Source of the DNA: Octopus sinensis
Lineage: Eukaryota
Length of the DNA: 22,941 bases
Assembly: GCF_006345805.1 (NCBI RefSeq)
Contig: NW_021836677.1
Coordinates: 1-22,941 of the forward strand
Direction of reading: 5' to 3'
Positions 20,360 to 22,941 of the stretch are shown here, piece after piece. Position numbers and translations under genes: made by a program. The stretch's first letter is position 1, and every line of letters begins with the position of its first letter. The notes below the pieces were generated by a model that had not been told where the DNA came from, ran no database searches, and saw nothing but the letters and a program-made list of their open reading frames with translations.

Positions 20360-20465
20360 GTTTTCAAATTTTGGCAGAGAGCCAGCAATTTCGAGAAACT
20401 GGTACTTATTTTATCGACTCCGAAAGGATGAAAAGCAAAATCGACCTCGGCAGAATTTGAACTCA
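20360..20465 (-). mobile_element. SINE family B fragment inside the inverted-repeat spacer
   Basis: CTGGTACTTATTTTATCGAC.CCGAAAGGATGAAAAGCAAAATCGACCTCGGCAGAATTTGAACTC. Confidence 0.8.
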
Positions 20466-20696
20466 TTTCGGCCTCATCTTCCGAATAATGTTGTCATAGT
20501 GATACGTTATAGATGCGTTTACTAGGAGTCAGCGAGACATCATGGGTAACATTTTGTATCTCATCAAATCATCATCGTCATGTATGAAGTCAACTGCCAG
20601 CTATTGGTTACTTTTGTAATTCAGTTCACGTGTACTTTGCTGATATCTGATTTGTACTTTGTTAATAGCAAACCTGACTTAGTCCTTTTTCTTAGT

Positions 20697-20969
20697 CATA
20701 ATACATAGATGCATTCACACATACATACATGCATACATACATGTATACATATATGCGTACATACATATACACATGCATGGATGCATATATACACACACAT
20801 ATTACATACATACGTACAAATTGGAGCTATCTCGAGTATAACCAGTCGAAATTGCAAAGATAATCTGGAACTCGAATGACGAAAGAAAACTCCGAATGAC
20901 CCGTCCTTGTTTTTTCTTATCCCCTTTTTGTATCGTCTGCCTGGATGTTTTGCTGTCCCTTTTTTGTAT
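20697..20969 (-). repeat. Right arm of long inverted repeat
   Basis: Inner end CATAATACATAGATGCATTCAC (20697-20718) is the exact reverse complement of 20252-20273. Confidence 0.9.
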
Positions 20970-21128
20970 CATTTAATTCTCTGGATGTTTTACGTTCTTG
21001 CTCCATTTTTCTCTGAGGGGCGCATATTTGAGATTCAACATGGGCCGAGAAAGAGTCACAATGTTAATCGATTTCTGAATGTTACAGTTCGAAACTAAAT
21101 ATATACGATATATAGAGATCATTTTATA

Positions 21129-21506
21129 GACGTAGGAGTGGCTGTGTGGTAAGTAGCTTGCTTACCAACCAAATGGTTCCGGGTTCAGTCCCACTGCGTG
21201 GCACCTTGGGGAAGTGTCTTCTACTATAGCCTTGGGCCTACCAAAGCCTTGTGAGTGGATTTGGTAGATGGAAACTGAACGAAGCCCGTCATATATATGT
21301 ATATATATATATATATGTGTGTATGTGTGCGTGTGTTTTTGTGTGTCTGTGTTTGTTCCCCCAACATCGCTTGACAACCGATGCTGGTGTGTTCGGTAAA
21401 AGAGAACCGATAGAATAAGTCCTGGGGTCGATTTGCTGGACTAAAGGCGGTGTTCCAGCATGGCCACAGTCAAATGACTGAAAAAAAGTAAAAGATTAAA
21501 AGAGTA
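21129..21506 (+). mobile_element. SINE family A (A16) with two short internal deletions
   Basis: Intact head; deletions relative to A6 between GTT/GTT and between AATAAGT/AATAAGT direct repeats. Confidence 0.9.
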
Positions 21507-21546
21507 AAATACTGAACTTGAATAAAGCTAGTTCTATGCTTTAAAG

Positions 21547-22015
21547 CATGGGTTGTCAAGAGGGGTCCCAATGAATTACAGGGGCTCGATGATAGCCAAG
21601 GGTTCGAATGGGGGTCGGCTTACGAAAGACCTGCTCGCCCAGATGAACTGTCTCAAATACTTAGTCAGCTCCATGAAACGTGGGAAAACATGATGCATTT
21701 TTCATATTTTCTAACCATGAAAACAATTTCATAAAAATTGAAAGTTTAATACTGTAGAATCGTACTCATGCTGTTTTAAATCTAAAAAGTGTATCATGTT
21801 CAATAGGATTTCTTCATTTGTCGTACACGTATATTTTAGCTAACATTTTAATTGCCAGACTCAGTACCGGGTGCGCATTTAAAATATGGTGCAGGAGAGT
21901 AGGGTATTAAGATATTTTAAATGAGGAGGGTGGTCGATACGGAAGGAAAAATGTCTAAAGGTAGTCGATGCGAAAGAAGAAGTGGCTAAAAGTTGAAAAA
22001 ATTTGGTGACCCCTG
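21547..22015. mobile_element. Probable non-autonomous hAT-type DNA transposon
   Basis: Imperfect TIRs CATGGGTTGTCAA / CAGGGGTCACCAA (9/13); 8-bp flanks CTTTAAAG (21539-21546) and CTTTAAAA (22016-22023); 8-bp TSDs and CAGGGG-type ends are typical of hAT; no transposase ORF. Confidence 0.55.
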
Positions 22016-22098
22016 CTTTAAAAGAAAACTGTACCTTATCTATACGCACTTGCATGCACAAACACAGATATTTATACACATTCATGCTCACAAGCGAG

Positions 22099-22146
<48 letters not shown>

Positions 22147-22158
22147 TATTATTATTAT
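22099..22158. repeat. (ATT)n microsatellite
   Basis: Direct reading. Confidence 0.95.
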
Positions 22159-22704
22159 TGAGTGAGAGAGCAGTGCATGCCATCAAAGTGACACTGGGGT
22201 AAAAATATACGAAGCCCAATATACCATCATGACTACCGTCTGATAAAGGTACACCAGGCACATTGCATCACAACCATATGTGCGCGACATGATGATCTAA
22301 TATAAAGATAAACAGCACATGACCTTGCAGGTGGGGCCCAGTTAGAATTTTCTTCAGTTGAGTAGCCCATCCCGCTCAAAAGGTCCCTGAATAAGGGTTG
22401 TTTAAGGATGTTGAAAGAACCACCCATGTTTCCAGAGATGAATTATTCAAACCCCAAAGAATCCCTCTCAACACATGGCTATGATGTCCCCCACTACTTC
22501 TGCTCGTGATCAGAGATGCACATATCGTCAGCCACTAAGGGACATGCTCAACTGGTTAAGGTCAAACAAGACAAGCAAATCTGTGGTATTGAGCAGAATA
22601 TTTGCTGTAGCCCATCTTTTATACCAAGACAAAACAATATACATGATAACACTTCCAATCAGTTAAGATCAGAAGCCATGAGAGCCACTGCCTGGTACTG
22701 CATC
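22159..22704. mobile_element. ~545-bp non-coding interspersed repeat bounded by (ATT)n on both sides
   Basis: Its start GAGTGAGAGAGCAG.GCATG.CATC.AAGTGACA.TGGGGT recurs at 22880 after another ATT tract. Confidence 0.65.
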
Positions 22705-22712
22705 TATTATTA

Positions 22713-22773
<61 letters not shown>

Positions 22774-22845
22774 CATTATTATTATTATTATCATCATCAT
22801 CAACATCATCATCATCAACATCATCATCATCATCATCATTATTAC

Positions 22846-22878
<33 letters not shown>
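22705..22878. repeat. (ATT)n/(ATC)n compound microsatellite
   Basis: Direct reading; source of the poly-Y/H/N/D pseudo-ORFs. Confidence 0.95.
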
Positions 22879-22879
22879 G

Positions 22880-22941
22880 GAGTGAGAGAGCAGCGCATGT
22901 CATCCAAGTGACATTGGGGTTAAATTATACAAAGCACAATA
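22880..22941. mobile_element. Start of a second, tandem copy of the 22159 element (cut by window end)
   Basis: Collinear similarity to 22159-22220. Confidence 0.7.

Noticed and set aside
20526-20545. Possible 20-nt exon (ESARHHG) inside the inverted-repeat spacer
   Set aside because: Weak pyrimidine tract; needs RNA evidence before it can be called.

Overview
Eukaryotic (animal) genomic DNA that is almost entirely repetitive. The repeat landscape resembles a coleoid cephalopod such as Octopus (inference, not verified). It is dominated by (TA)n, (TATG)n, (GATA)n, (CA)n and (ATT)n microsatellites and by several tRNA-headed SINE-like families. Working labels: A has an internal microsatellite; B carries a GCCTTTCATCCTTTCGGGGTCGATAAA core; C has one head with three different 3' ends; F is a further family. 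Other repeats are D, E and G, a probable hAT-type non-autonomous element and an RTE-like fragment. Nearly all listed ORFs are microsatellite artefacts. The only plausible coding signal is three short + strand exon candidates (13146-13168, 19472-19498, 19841-19894). They join in frame to xRFLIDELEKDKNFSLQIGFEGRVAGSFTPSQEIQ, so much of the window may be intronic. Most notable observations: (1) three copies of repeat G carry a hammerhead-ribozyme-like fold with a variant core; (2) a ~280-bp-arm inverted duplication at 19991-20969 and an 80-bp-arm hairpin at 4080-4248; (3) a SINE trimer flanked by one 16-bp target-site duplication (TSD); (4) a SINE inserted at a candidate 3' splice site, duplicating its pyrimidine tract and supplying a CTAAC branch-like motif. 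No rRNA, genuine tRNA or CRISPR array is supported.
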